Assembly: GCA_973895155.1 (NCBI GenBank)
Contig: OZ316894.1
Span: forward strand, 23,496,709 to 23,560,708
Source of the DNA: Marsupella aquatica
Lineage: Eukaryota > Plantae > Marchantiophyta
Length of the DNA stretch: 64,000 nucleotides
Direction: 5' to 3'
The position numbers and the translations under genes were made by a program. The stretch's first letter is position 1, and every line of letters starts with the position of its first letter. Shown piece by piece: positions 12,201 to 25,094 of the stretch. The notes under the pieces are model-generated. The model worked only from the letters and a program-made list of their open reading frames with translations, searched no databases and had not been told where the DNA came from.

Positions 12201-14047
12201 TTATGTGTAATATGGTCTGTCACTTGTCACAATCCAGGGGATAGATGGAGACAACCTAGCAGTCCATCTGGGCTTTAGTTAGTGCAAAGTCAGTGTTTAA
12301 TACATAAAAATGCTCATAACATTCCTAAATCTGCGTGACTAAAGTCAAGAATAAATTTATTTTTTTTAGTTTTTGCACAAAAATCAACGACAATAGTATG
12401 TTGTTGCCATTGATATTTTAATTGACTACATACTGTGAATATCTTCCCTTCTCCGGCACCTCTTGTTAAAAAGAAAACTAGAGCGAACAAATATATATTA
12501 GTGATTGGTGGCTAGCCCAGAACTACGGTTAGATTAAAGTGGTCTTTTGCATGAATTGAATAAAATGTCATAAATAATTTTACAATCTGATACTAAAATT
12601 AAGTTAGTAACAGCTGTTAACATGAAAAATAGGTTACTCAATGCTAGTGATACTAATTTTACTAACTCCTGCTCACTTATCAGTCCTGGCTCCTTGGGGT
12701 GCTGTTTCCCTTGTGCCTCCCTAGATTTTGTGCCACTAATTCCTTTGAAACATAATTTGTATGCTGTGGTTTTCACAAAGAAGAAGAAGAGAAATTTCAA
12801 TTGGCACAAATTTACTAACAACGTTGCTCGTGAATTTGCACCTTTGAAGTACCACCACGTTTTTTCCATAGACCCCATCATATCTCCTTCTACCTTGGCT
12901 ACGTCAAACAAAATCCATGTTATGTAGTTTACCTAGAAGTCAAACAAAGTGACACTCTCCTCATCATCGTCATGGAAGACCTCTATGGATGGTGGGACCT
13001 TTTCTGGTCTTTGTAAGTCATGCTAGTTGGCTGACTTTGAGCACGTTTAACTTGGGTGGAGTGCTTGAAGACAAATTGCTTTCCAGTACCCTCCTATTGG
13101 GTATACTCTAGAGCTCACCAGACTCTTCAGGTTGTTGCTCACTAGCCGGGGCTTTAGTCCTTTTTCAATGATGGCTACTTTTAGGCTTGTATTGGTTTCT
13201 CCCCTTTACTGGGTCTCCTACCTTTGGGATTGTGTCGTCAGGTTAGGGGCTTTTCGTTCTTTGGCAGTATATTCTCTGGATTGTTTTTTTTTTTCCAAAA
13301 TTTTTAATTTTTAATTTTGTATATTTTATATTTTTTAAACTTATTTGCCTTTAAGTAAAACGGGTCTTTTCTTCCTTGGTAAACTATAGATCCATTGCTA
13401 AAGGACTAAAGTTCCCCAATCGGGGAGACATGATCCCAATGGTAGGAGAGACACTAAAGGGGAGAAAACAAGGGGGAACCCAAGGAAGAGGGACTAGCCA
13501 AAAAAGCACGAGAGTCCCACGCTAAAGCAAAGCCATACTCGGCAATAAACTCAAAAGTCTGGTAAAGCTCAGTCAGGAGTGAACGACACAGGAGGGTGAT
13601 AAAGAGGATTTCATCTAAAGGCCCTATAACCAACACTAAGCCCTTTCCAGAACGGAAAAGACATCAAAAGTTGATGTGATGCATCACAACATTTAATCTA
13701 AGAACTCAGAAAGGTCAAGTAAGCACTTTTTGTATGCAAAAAGAGGTCACTCACACAAAGAATATATGCTATGAGACTAAACTCTTCATGTGGGTTCTGA
13801 TAGTCCATCTGAGCATCTCCTCAATGGTTGCAGCCATTTTCTAATAAATTGATGGATTTCACGGTCAACAAGGGAAAAACAGATTTGCAGTCTACGGGAA
13901 GCTAGCACCATAGACAGTGCAAAAGAAAAAGGAGAACCTTAAAAATTAGGCTGATCTATCTCCTTACTAGAAAACGAATCTCCTTACTAGAAAACGAAAA
14001 CTTGACATGCTCTATGCTACAGTGACCAAATGATTTGGAAGCCCTTG

Positions 14048-14233
14048 TTGGCAACTCCGCCTTGTCTTCGTCTCTCGTGCTGTTGAATGGCCTTTTTTGG
14101 CACTCCGCCTTGTCTTGTTCTCTCGTGCTGTTGAATGGCCTTTTTTGGCACTCCGCCTTGTCTTGTTCTCTCGTGCTGTTGAATGGCCTTTTTGACAACT
14201 CCGCCCTGTCTTCTTCTCTCATGCTGTTGAATG
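14048..14233. repeat. 48-bp minisatellite, ~3.8 copies
   Basis: Unit ggcactccgccttgtcttgttctctcgtgctgttgaatggcctttttt; cactccgcc recurs at 14101 and 14149. It generates the 16-aa repeats in the ORF track. Confidence 0.92.
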
Positions 14234-15091
14234 ATCAAGCAACAGCTTTGTCATGGTCAGCAACTTCTTTCCTTCTGCCACGCTCGATGTTCCCGGAGTA
14301 GAATACTTAATACTCCAGGTTCTGATGAGGCTTGGAATTTCACAGCCTTATTAGTACCAGATGCACCAGAAAACTCCAGGCCATTCGAGGTGGCTTGACT
14401 GGTTCTAAGGGAAATGATCTTTCCTTCTCAGTACTAGCTGATTTTGAAATGAAGAGTAATACATCGTCTGCTCCACGGCGATAGAGCCTTTCTGAACTCG
14501 CTGGTAGGTGTTTGGGGTTCCACTCTCAAAACTGAGTGAGTGCTTTCACTTGAAATGGTGCTTTTGAGTTAACTTGCATCTGTCCAAGAGTAGTCCGGTT
14601 CTAGCGGCTTTAGTGGTAGAGGGGTGAGCTCTACTTGAAGCGAACTTGAACAGGGCAGGTTTTGATGCTCATTTGCCACTGGGCAGCCGATTCAACAAGC
14701 AAGGTAGCCCAAATGGCGAGAAACAAATCTTTGAAAAGCACATCATGAAAGACATGTCACAATAATAAATCCTCGGAAGATCGGAGGAGTAGGAGTAAAC
14801 GGGAAGGTGAGGCTTGAGAAAGTGGACTATATGCCAAGAGTTGGCTTTAAATTGCAATGTGGGGATCCCTTTCACACGTTCACCAAAAGCGAAGTGTACA
14901 TCTCCACCCCTGGCCTCTTCTTCAAAAGGCTATTTTGCGAGAAGCTCAATGAGATTTGAAAGGGACTAGACCTGACTTTCCTGTCCTTTGAAAGCGATCG
15001 TATCAAGTTTCAATTGACCAGAAATTGACTTAAATCCGATCTGTAGAGCATATTATATGCACGATAGGAAGGCCAAGCAGACTATCTATTT

Positions 15092-17005
15092 CTAAAGTCT
15101 GGACCCTGATACATTGGTTTTCCAATCAACTGGTTCTATTGCCGATCCGACTAGTAATGTCACTTTACAAATCGCGGACACAGCCATTTGAGGGGGTCCA
15201 CCATTCTTGTTCTTGACTTCCGTTTCAAATTTCACCTCCCACACCTGCACCACAAGAACAAAAAGGGGATCTTAAACTAGAGCAATATGACCTTTGCAAC
15301 TGTGCCGATTTTGAAAAATCTGTGTCGTTCAAGAAACAGTTCCATGAAAACAACGCGAATACGAAAAGCCTTTGGTTTATTTGATAACAAGTTAATTTAT
15401 GCAATTCATCTCCACCTGACCAGAATTACTATAAATTTCGCTTCTAAGAAAACAGGCATTAATATTTCAATGAATGAACGCACTCAAGTACGTGTCTGCT
15501 AATACCTGAACCCTGCCGCCCTTCATCAAAGGCTTGGCTATCACGACGACTTTCTGTCCAATGGGTACTGCACGAATATGATTCGCATTCAATTCTATTG
15601 ATTGGACTGGCTGCCCATTGGCTGCACTTTGTCCAGTTTTGCTCGCCAGAGTCTCTGCAATGAGACCTGACATTCCCCCGTGAAGCACTCCAAATGGCTG
15701 TAGAAAATATCAACAACGATATCAAAACCATATTCAATGCAATCCATGCTTTTTGCAGATACAAACCAGAAAATTGATCGAACTACAAGCCACCATAAAA
15801 CAAGGAGTGTAGCTTCAGGCTGTTGTCACACCAAAATCGCTTCCCCGTGCCTGCTCTTTCAGAAATTGGCTGTAAACCGTTATGAGGACCTACACCCACG
15901 AAGCAATGACACACAAGAGATATTCACAGGCAAGAATGTCCTAGACCGTTCGATCTTCACCTAACAAAACTTTTTTTGACAAAGTTTACTTGTTCTCACA
16001 AGAGAGGAATGAGGAAATACGGAGGGATTCGGAAAGAATCATAACACGCCCCCTACTCTTGATGCCCGTGCTATTACAGTAATAGCTCGAAGGGGACAGG
16101 TAAATCCATTCTCTAAACACCGACTATAGCCCCTCCTATGTGCCTCGATTGGCAAGGCCTGAAAGGGAACAGTAGCGTGCTCTGGCGTAGGCAGATAGAT
16201 CAATTATAAATTCCCTCTAAGATATTCAAAGCCGATAGCAAGTGGAGGATCTGGATTTGGCCAATCGTTGGAGCCTGTCCATGTCTACCGGTGCTTTCTG
16301 CAACATTAGTTGGAAGGATCTCAATCACCTACGAGTACAAATAGCAAAGCGAGCTCCCAGTCACAGTTTGGATCACCCTTGAGCTCAAAATGGCATCAAC
16401 TTTGGTCTCGTTCCAAATTGGAAGCCATCTCAATCTCCCTCCCTCAAAGAATGGTGCCCCAGGAGAGAAGCGTAACACCAAGGAAAATTGAGCAGGCAGA
16501 CGTGCTGGATTCTCATGCAGATTGTTACGAATTTATGGTATACAGAGGATTCTGAGACTGCCTTGTTTTATCCTCATGTAGTCAGCGAGTTCCTCCTCAC
16601 GCCTTTCCAAAGTAAATACGTTAAATCTACCATTAGGAAGGTGCTTGCAATGCCTCAGGGCAAGCGTAACGACATGCTCTCATGGAAACCCTGCTTTGTT
16701 CAAAGCGTTGCCACCCTGTTCTGGCCCTGTCCGAACCATAGAACCATAGAGGTGGACAGGACGTCAAACACAATTCCGCAATTAAGCTATTGACGTACCT
16801 GACAAGACCGCTCGTCGACGACAAACCGTCCCCTGCCAACATTGGGGCTTATCACCAGCTCAAGTCCAATATGCTTCAGAATAGCGAGTCCCGGTTCATC
16901 CGTGTTCACTTTCACTCCATTCTTCCGCAACTCCTCGTCAATGGATTGCCAATCCGCTTCACTGGTCGCATACGAAAAAATCGGTTCACTGCCACCCCTC
17001 CCCAT
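15092..17005 (-). CDS. DHNAT: 1,4-dihydroxy-2-naphthoyl-CoA thioesterase-like hotdog-fold protein, copy 1 (183 aa, peroxisomal); exons 17005-16799, 15697-15506, 15244-15092
   Basis: Spliced translation ...GRFVVDERSCQ|PFGVLHGGMSGLIAETLAS...IELNANHIRAVPIG...GGRVQ|VWEVKF...VSGSRL*. Intact QPFGxLHGG...AE motif of the DHNAT/MenI/EntH family, GT-AG introns in phase 0, C-terminal PTS1 SRL. Confidence 0.88.
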
Positions 17006-18379
17006 AGTAACCACACCGGAACTCTGCTTTGCTATGGGCAATCAGTAAATCTCAACCAATTTTCCTCCTCCGAAGCAAACAACTCACGACACCCACCTCT
17101 GCCTGCACTGAAAATTCGTCACGTCAGAGGAGTTGGCACCAAAGCAAGTGCCCACGCAGCAGAGCCGGCTCTCTGAAAGTGATCCACCTTCCGATTCATT
17201 CATTCAGGTGACGTCGACCTGAGCCAGAGCTAGGGATGGGGAACACTGAAAGTCATTCTCTACTGTAGTTGCCCTTTTCCGTAGAACATGACATTTGTTT
17301 GATCAATCAATGTGCTTTGCCTCCAAAAGTGAACCACATTCTGCTCCCAAACAGCCACAAAGCGCTCAATGCTGAGGAGTCCCAATTGCGAGCACCCCTT
17401 CTCGAATCTGCCTCTTCATGTATTGAGCTCCGTCCTGCAGGAGAGGACCACCAATCCTCGGGATCTACAAACCAGCACGAGAGCGTCTCGTGCCTTAGAA
17501 GAATTTGCACAACAGCAAAAGAGTGAGAAACACTCCGTTCAAGAAGAAAGAAAAGAAGAGTGAGATGGTGTTCTTGGCCCCAACGCTGTTTTGACTCCCT
17601 TGACCCTGTTCTGGGTTCTGATGGACTTGGAGGAACCAATTCCATAGCCTTCTCCAAAGCTTTTGGCGTGAGAATATGCTGAGGATGATGAACCCAAAGT
17701 CGCGTTAAACCTTTGGAATCGTCACTGGAGAGCTATCAAACAAAAGCTCTATAAAAAACAAAACGTAAAGAAGCAAAATCAAAAGCAAGTTGAGGCCCAA
17801 TCTTACTTATAAATTTGCAACTATAAGCTAGAATTGGGGCCTAGGCTTCTAGAGTGAAGCCTCCAGACTGAAACTCCATGGCTCATCATGTGGCATGATG
17901 AGAAAACTGATGTCTATGATGTATGTCATGTGAAATGATAATCATAACTGCTTTTTGTAATGATTTCTATTTATATTAAAAACTGATAGCCCCACCATAT
18001 TATATGTGCATAAGTGGGATGTAGGATAGAAAAACTAGGGATGTGCATAGAAAAGAGTACTATGGTATGTTATGTCTGATTATTAAAATGATGATATGCA
18101 TGATAATTTTTTTATCATTTCATTAACCTTCAAAATATATGAATAAGGAATATATTTTGGTGACGTTTTTATTGGCCTCCCCGCTATTCATGTTCAAAGA
18201 ACGGGTAGTCGGGGCTAGTTTTGTAAATGCTCCAATGATGATGATGATGATCTTCTATATGTAGCTACATCATTTTATTGCTTTGCTATCTTAACTTCTT
18301 CAAAAAATACATGAAAACAAGGCGGGAAACAAATCATCTTTTAAATTTATTAAAATAAAATAAGGGATATGGATTTATT

Positions 18380-18700
18380 GTACCTTTTTTTGCCTTGAAA
18401 ACTGAATGCAGACCCATCCAACAGAAGATAGATGATCTACTTTGGAGCATGTATGACTGTAGGGAAGCCCACAAGGGGGGACAATACCCAGGGATCTAAC
18501 AGGGACCCATACTAGGACGGAGAGAGGGTTCATCCAGAGCCCAAAAACGGCCAACCAGAGGCTGAGGAAAAACCAGTACTTCCACCACTGCATGCCACAT
18601 ATATACAGAATACCCTCCACACCCCTTGGGTTTAGAGGGGGATTGAACCCGGGACCTCTCTATTATAGGCTACACCCCTGGCCAGAGCCCCAAACTCTGT
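18380..18700 (-). mobile_element. tRNA-derived SINE-like element
   Basis: Minus strand reads gggcacagagtttgg (A-box-like), then agaggtcccgggttcaatccc (B box GGTTCAATCC, ~18640-18660), with an A-rich tail near 18385. No complete cloverleaf; boundaries approximate. Confidence 0.5.
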
Positions 18701-20562
18701 GCCCAATGCAAGGAGGCGCGCACAGGCCAGGTGTCACGGCCCACGGGAGAGTCATGAAGATTTATAGCATACACATAATATCAACAACTATTTATGCTCT
18801 TGGAGGTGAGTTCAGTTGGGACTGGGATGTTGAGGGCTCAGGCCATGGCTGGAGTAATTACATTTCCCTACATTCTAGGGCAGAGAAAGGGGCAGGGGGA
18901 GCAAGAGGAAGAAATGAAAAAATGGGTTTTCAATTTATTTGAAAATGAAAATAGGAAAGGGTTTAGGGTGTTTGGGTCGCACTGGTGGGAGTGATTGGAT
19001 CATTGTTTTGGTTTCAAGGCAAAAGGTGAGGTAGAAGACCGTCGTCCTCCTGAAGAATTTGCTTATTTTCTGCTGTTTTTGTACTGTTTTTTTACAAAGG
19101 GGCAACTGCCTTTTTAAGTAATCCATGCAACTGGCAAATGTGACATCCCAGCTTTTATTTTGTATTTTTTTCCTGCAACTACTACTAGAGCTAGAGTAGT
19201 ATCCCATAGCACATGGAACACGCCCTTACTATGCAGTTCACAGTAATTGGTCTTATCTCCAATTTGTGTTTATTGCTAATTATCCTTGGTAGCCCAAATT
19301 TGAGAGTGGGGCCAACTTCTGCAGAAAATAAGAGTAATTACAGTGGCTTTTCTTAAGGAATGCTATTTGGGTTGGACTTGGAATGAGAGGAATGCCTATG
19401 CTTACTCTAGATTCCTTGGTCGACCTACCCAGTTGGGTGATCCTGAAATCCCCTTACGATCACCTCAAAACCATGCTTAGCGCCAGCAAAACACAACGGA
19501 AGTCGAGACAATTGCAACAGATTGTTGACGAGCTTGCTTTTGTGCTGCAACCTGTCCATGGGCAAACAGTTATATATAACAAACTGCCAAAAAGCAGGAG
19601 GGGTTGAAAGGGGAGACATGATTCCACATACCAAAAACCCAATCAAGGGAGGTTCTGGGAGCTTTGACTCAACAAGACAGAAGTGAGTGACAAGATACTT
19701 TAATTGAGAAGGGGCAGCAACTGAAGGTGATTTGGCTGCTGGGTGGCATTTCTTTGCTCACCCACACTGTATTGCATCCTACCATTAGTACTTGCGGTAG
19801 TCCCCAGGACATCCAGAATTATACCTGGTGGTCTGTGGCTGGTGACTACTGGATCACTATGGTGCACACCAGCAAGCAGTTTAGACAACATCCTAGCTGT
19901 GCTCAGAGCAGTAAGTTTACAAAGGAGAAGTGGACGAGACCCTTGCAACCTAGCATTTTGTATCCGACCTGGAAGTTCAAGGATTGTGTGGTTTGGTAGC
20001 TTGTTTGGGCTGTTAGGCCGGATTAGGTTCCTGTCTTCTTGGGGGATGGGGGTGGTTTTCTGCCAGCCCCCCCTGGGTCATAAGAATTAAAGAAAGACCA
20101 GGAAAAAGTGGAAATGCATGCCAACAGTTTATCTGTTTTTATTCTCAGTGCATTGATGGAGAAGAAAGCACAGTCACAGAGTCACTGGAACTCTTCTGTG
20201 AAGTTTCGTTTCTCAGTGCATTTATGGAGAAGAAAGCACAGTCAATGGAACTCTCCATTACTTTTACTGAAAATTATGAAAATAAAATCTCTTAGGCCTT
20301 TAACTTTAGGAATGTACTCTGAGCAGAGCATTATGGGATAAAAAGCCCTCACTTTGGGGGGTCTTATCGCCGTGCAATGCACTAAGTACTATAAAATCTA
20401 TGCAACAATTTTCTCTTTGTAAATTTCCAAACTTTATGAAACAGAATGCCAAAGCATCACACTTTTGAGCATAGTATAAACAGCACTTCACTACACCATA
20501 ATGCCCTTGGCAATTATCCCTTTGTATTTCAGGGCATTTTGGGAGCATAATGCCCGGTTAAA

Positions 20563-20724
20563 TCTGGATTACCTCTCTAAAAAGATTCTCCTCTACTTGT
20601 GCTAAGTTAGAGCCATTCTGGATCACCTCTTTGGAAAGATTCTCCTCCACTTGTACTAAGTTAGAGGCAATCAAGATCTGAATCACCTCTTTGGAAAGAT
20701 TCTCCTCTATTTGTACTAAATTAG
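20563..20724. repeat. Tandem repeat, 3 copies of ~52-60 bp
   Basis: tctggatcacctctttggaaagattctcctc(c/t)acttgtactaagttag repeated three times with variants. Confidence 0.85.
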
Positions 20725-20894
20725 TAAAAACTAAAACCTCTTTAGTAGACCTTTAAGTCTAGCAAGATCATGTTTCTGGAGCAGTACTGGCAATAATAAC
20801 CCCTCCAAACTCTGACAATAATAACCTCTCAAAACTTGAGCTGATGCTCTTCTTGTTTGGAGCATTATATCTACAATCCTCTCCAAAACAACCC

Positions 20895-21005
20895 TTGCTG
20901 GTAATCACACATCCAAATGTGGTAATACACTACACTGTGTGCACTCATTGATTTAAAGAAAATAACAGAATTTATAATGGTATGGAGGGATGTCCTACAC
21001 CATCT
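20895..21005 (+). repeat. Dispersed repeat shared with ~36755-36865
   Basis: aatcacacatc(c/a)aaatgtg(g/a)taata...cattgatt...tttat(a/c)atggtatggagggat(g/a)tcctaca(c/t)cat at both loci. Confidence 0.7.
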
Positions 21006-21764
21006 TTGTCATTGTCATATTTTGATGGGCACTTACCTGACCCCTAAGCAACTCTTTACCATATACTTAAACCCTATACCACTTCACGAGGTTGAGGCGA
21101 TGATACCTTGGAAACCCAGAATTCTAAACATAGAAAGGGTGCCGTTCCCACTTAGAGCCAAATTATAAACAGCATCTAATGCAACAGAAGTTATCCAAAG
21201 TATTCCATTCTATACACAATAACTCTGTCGTTTGCTCGATGTCTAATTCTAGTGCAGGAAATGAACACTCAATGTCGCATTCTATTGCAAGAAATGGATT
21301 TCCATGCGCGGGAATTCTTCTGTTGTTTTGTCTTGAAAGGAATCTTCTGTTTTTGTTTCGTCCTCTCGAGACTTTTTCAGCTGTTTTCTCTCGCTGTTCA
21401 GCTGTCCTTTGTTGGGCACAGTTTCAGTAACTTGTCTCCTCATCATACACAACTTACTGCCAGCCAGAAGGCACCGAAAGGAAGCAGTGGCAAGAGAACT
21501 AATGTGCAACTACAGTCCAGCAGGACAGAAACAAGGCGTTTAACCTATCTGGAGGGGATGCACGTGAACAACCAGATTCTGAGTTTCCCAGTTTGCAAAG
21601 AGGACAAGACATGGAGAAAATTGGAGTCGTAAGATTGGAATGACTTGTATAGCAAACGGAACAATGTTCATTACACTTGCGTACAAATTGAGCTTTCCGC
21701 CACTATGCAGCATTGTTGAGTCCGGTAGTGTGTCCAGGCTGCGGAGTTTCCTGGACTTGTATCT

Positions 21765-22045
21765 ATAGCAAGCAGAGGATGCTGAGTGTAGAGGTTGAGT
21801 GTTCTGTTCTGCTGCTTGAGCTGAATTTGGAGGTAGGAAGCAGACGAAGTCGAGTGTAGAGGTTGAGTGTTCTGTTCTGCTGCATGGCCTGAATTGGAGG
21901 TAGCAAGCCGAATAAGTCGTGTGTAGAGGTCGAGGGTTTTCTTCAGCTGCATGGCCTGAATTGGAGCTAGCAAGCAAAGGAATTCGAGTGTTCAAAATAG
22001 AGTGTTCTATTCTGTGGCATGACCTGACTTGGAGGTGGAAGTGAA
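21765..22045 (+). repeat. ~68-bp degenerate tandem repeat, 4 copies, immediately upstream of thioesterase copy 2
   Basis: gagtgtagaggttgagtgttctgttctgctgcatggcctgaattggaggtagcaagc recurs at ~21783, ~21852, ~21920 and ~21986. Confidence 0.85.
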
Positions 22046-22108
22046 GCGCAGAGTCTACGAGAGCCTCTGTCTGACTGACTGGTAAGAGAGGGGTGCTGGT
22101 ATCGATCA

Positions 22109-24117
22109 ATGGCTGCGAGTTCTGAGGCAGTTGCTGCGCAGAGGAGCAAGGAGCCCACAGCTGAGACCCCTGGGGCGGAGCAGGTGGTCAAAGTGGTGAT
22201 CGACGGGAGAGGATGGGATATTTTTAAGCTCTATGAATTTGAAATGGAAGTCTACTCCGAATCCAAAATTGCAAAGGGGCGGTTTATTGTCAACGAGTAT
22301 AATTGCCAGGTGGGCTGTGTGTCTCTCGCTTAGATGCTTTACTTGAATGTACTGCCGATGAATCTGCGTCTGTGACGAGCGAGAAGCATTTTGGATATTC
22401 TGAAGTTTATGAGTTTTGATTTTGAGTTGGAGATCTGTTCCAACTCCAAACTAAGAAAGGGGAGGCCTGTCGGCACCGAGTGTAATTGTAGGAGAAGGGG
22501 CACCCTCTAGCATAGTTGCTGTCGCTCATCTGAGTTGAAGCTCATTCAGCGGAGTTTGCATTACTGTAGAATCTGAAAGTGTTAAGACGTTGACGGAATA
22601 TCCTTCGGCAAACAGAGAGAACAACCTTCGGCTCTGGACTGGTGTCGAAGTACTCTTTCTGTTGGCATCACACCTTCTTAGAATCAATGTGCATACCTCA
22701 CCATGAAACTCAATGGATAAAGGTTACCCGAAGGTTCCAAATTCACACCTCGAACATTGGTAACCTAGCAGCAGATAACTGGACATGTGGTCATAAGTTC
22801 CGCGCCCGCCCCCCCCCCCATTCCCCCATTCCAGGCTGATGGAGAATTTCACTTGATGAAGTGACCAAATGAAGTTGATCCAACAAGGTTACCGTTGTGA
22901 ATTCCTGGCATAGCAGAATTGTGGACAGTGCATACTTCGCAATTTACAGATCTCGTTGTTGAGCATTGTGTGTCAAGGACGAAGTGCTTGGCTAAGGTTT
23001 CAGGACAAAATAGACGCTGACTGTATGTATTTGCACCGCAGCCATTTGGGGTTCTTCAAGCGGGAGCAACAGGTTATATTGCTGAGGGCGTTGCCAGCAT
23101 GTTGACAGCATATGCATCCAACTTTCAGCGTGTGGCTGGGGTGGAGCTCAATATAAATCACCTTCGCCCAGCACCAGTAGGCAGCGAAATTCTGTTGACA
23201 TGCAAGCCGCTGTTGTTGGGGTCGAGGCTTCAGGTACCATATTAGCCTTCTACTTCTCCACTTTCAGTCCTCTAGTCATCTTCTTGGCTGAAGGGTTGTC
23301 TCGTGTGCTGTGTAGCGTAATTTTCATCCTCTTTACTTTGCTATGGGTTTTATAGGGAATGTCCCTGAAACGAATATAGCAAAGAGGCCGACTCGTAGTA
23401 TCCCGTAAGTCCTTACTTGTAGCAAGCAGCAAGACACTGGTTGTGAATTGTTGGATTTTCTTGACTCTGTTACGTTTCTCGGCGTACAGTAAATCTGTCT
23501 CAAGCTATTCCTGCACAGCTGCATGACGGGAACAATACAGGAAGAAGGATTCAAAGATATTCAAAAGCCAGAATTATGCATACCAATCGTGTCCAGGGAT
23601 GTGCTAAGCAAATAGCTGTTTCTACTACTTAATATAACTAGACAACCTCGTTCCTCCCCTATTGGGTTACAAGTCTTGATGTCTTGGTCATGCAGTTGGC
23701 TGTAGTATATTTTGGCCACATCATGGGCTTTGGTCTCCACCTTGAAAATAGTGCAGGTAGTTACATTAAGGAAGGCTACAATGATGTTCTTTGGGTTTCT
23801 TACCATCTTTTTTGTAACCTTCTGGCTGGGTGAAGGTTTGGGAAGTCAAATTTGAGACTGAAAAGCCAAAGCCACCGGGAAGTGATTCCAAAACCGCAGA
23901 GCTAGTGCTTGTTGCAGTGTCGAGAGTATCTATTATGATTATTCCAACAGAGGACATATTTACTGCCAAAAGGGACGTACATGATACATTTGCGGGTAAG
24001 GCCATCACCTTCCGAGTTATTACTGCGATTTGTTGATGGATACCGTAGGTCAATCTTTTCCATTTCTAATTTTCAATTTTTCTGCTGGATGCAGGCATGA
24101 CATTTATAAAAATCTGA
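22109..24117 (+). CDS. DHNAT-like hotdog-fold thioesterase, copy 2; exons 22109-22309, 23042-23233, 23836-23995 and probably 24095-24117
   Basis: ...KGRFIVNEYNCQ|PFGVLQAGATGYIAEGVAS...VAGVELNINHLRPAPVG...SRLQ|VWEVKFETE...; same intron positions and 192-nt exon 2 as the paralogs. C-terminus is either spliced (G|GTAAG at 23995, ending GMTFIKI*) or read through to the stop at 24036. Confidence 0.82.
22390..22490 (+). pseudogene. Degenerate duplicate of the 3' half of thioesterase exon 1 within intron 1 of copy 2
   Basis: Translates LDILKFMSFDFELEICSNSKLRKGRPVGTECNC, matching exon-1 WDIFKLYEFEMEVYSESKIAKGRFIVNEYNC; it lacks the CAG|GT donor. Confidence 0.7.
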
Positions 24118-25094
24118 AACCAAGGGAATCAGTGGGCTAATTCGGGGCTACTTTACCATAACTAGCGTTGGTGGCAGTGGCTGGTATAGCTCGTCTTTGT
24201 GGAGTTCCACAGACGGTGTCTGAAGATTTCAAAGAAAGTCACTTTAAGTCAGAAGCCTCTGCAACAGGATGAAATTGAAGGTTATGGACAGACAAGGGCT
24301 AGGGTTTAAAGGTCTAAAACACCAGGATTCGTTTGCTCTCCTCAAATTCTGGTGGCCGTGAATAGCACAATATGCAATCCTTGGTCGATAGTGATCATTG
24401 GGTGGTCAATGGAGTACACCCCTATATATAATTCTAGCTAGAACAAATGAGAAGAATTGCCGGCGCTATAGACAGAAGCCTCCTAGATTTGGGATTGAGC
24501 CTCTATTGTGTCATAGATTCCTGGCTTGGCCAAGTTCCTGAAATTAATTCTCCCTGAGATATGATCAATGGCATGCTGGTCCTTGGCTGTGAAGATTAAG
24601 ATCAAGATAACGTACCTGTTCTTTTCTAGAAACTTGCTCAATTCCGGTTGATCAATATTTCCCTTCTACTGTTCAGCTACTGTAGGTATGGAAGATTGAA
24701 GGTGCGACAAGGTCCAATAAGTTTGGCGTGTGTATCTGAAAGATTGAAAATGAGGAGGAGAGGTGAATTATCCCTCAATTGTTGCACATGATTGTCAGTA
24801 ATTGGAAATTGATTCAAATGTGAAGGCAAGAGAACTTTTTCCCCTGCTCGCGAGTAAGACTTTGATAATATTTGCGAAGTTCCGAATCTGATCTTGTACT
24901 GTAATGCAATTAGCATAAACAAAAGGACTTCAATGGCTGGGATTGAGCCAGGAACTCCCACACTTGGGAAGGAAATCGTTGTTCTATTCTCAAATTGATC
25001 AATGATGGGTTTTTGTTAGTAAGTAGGTAAGTTGGGCAAGCAGTCATATCCCATTAGTTTCACAATGCAATGCATTTGCACTAGGGTGTCTTGA

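Noticed and set aside
13956-14301. ORFs with 16-aa repeats; superficial resemblance to a CRISPR array
   Set aside because: A pure 48-bp tandem minisatellite with no unique spacers, in a eukaryotic context with no cas genes
13400-15050. Possible LINE fragments (HIFF zf-RVT-like patch near 13760, KGIP patch near 14865)
   Set aside because: Only isolated short motifs among many stops; not reportable with confidence
18625-18700. Possible tRNA gene
   Set aside because: B box present but no acceptor or anticodon stems; better explained as a SINE head
19380-20090. Cluster of short ORFs that may be a LINE 3' remnant
   Set aside because: No continuous frame or diagnostic motif
21540-22109. 189-aa minus-strand ORF with internal repeats
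   Set aside because: Translation of the ~68-bp tandem repeat, antisense to the thioesterase leader
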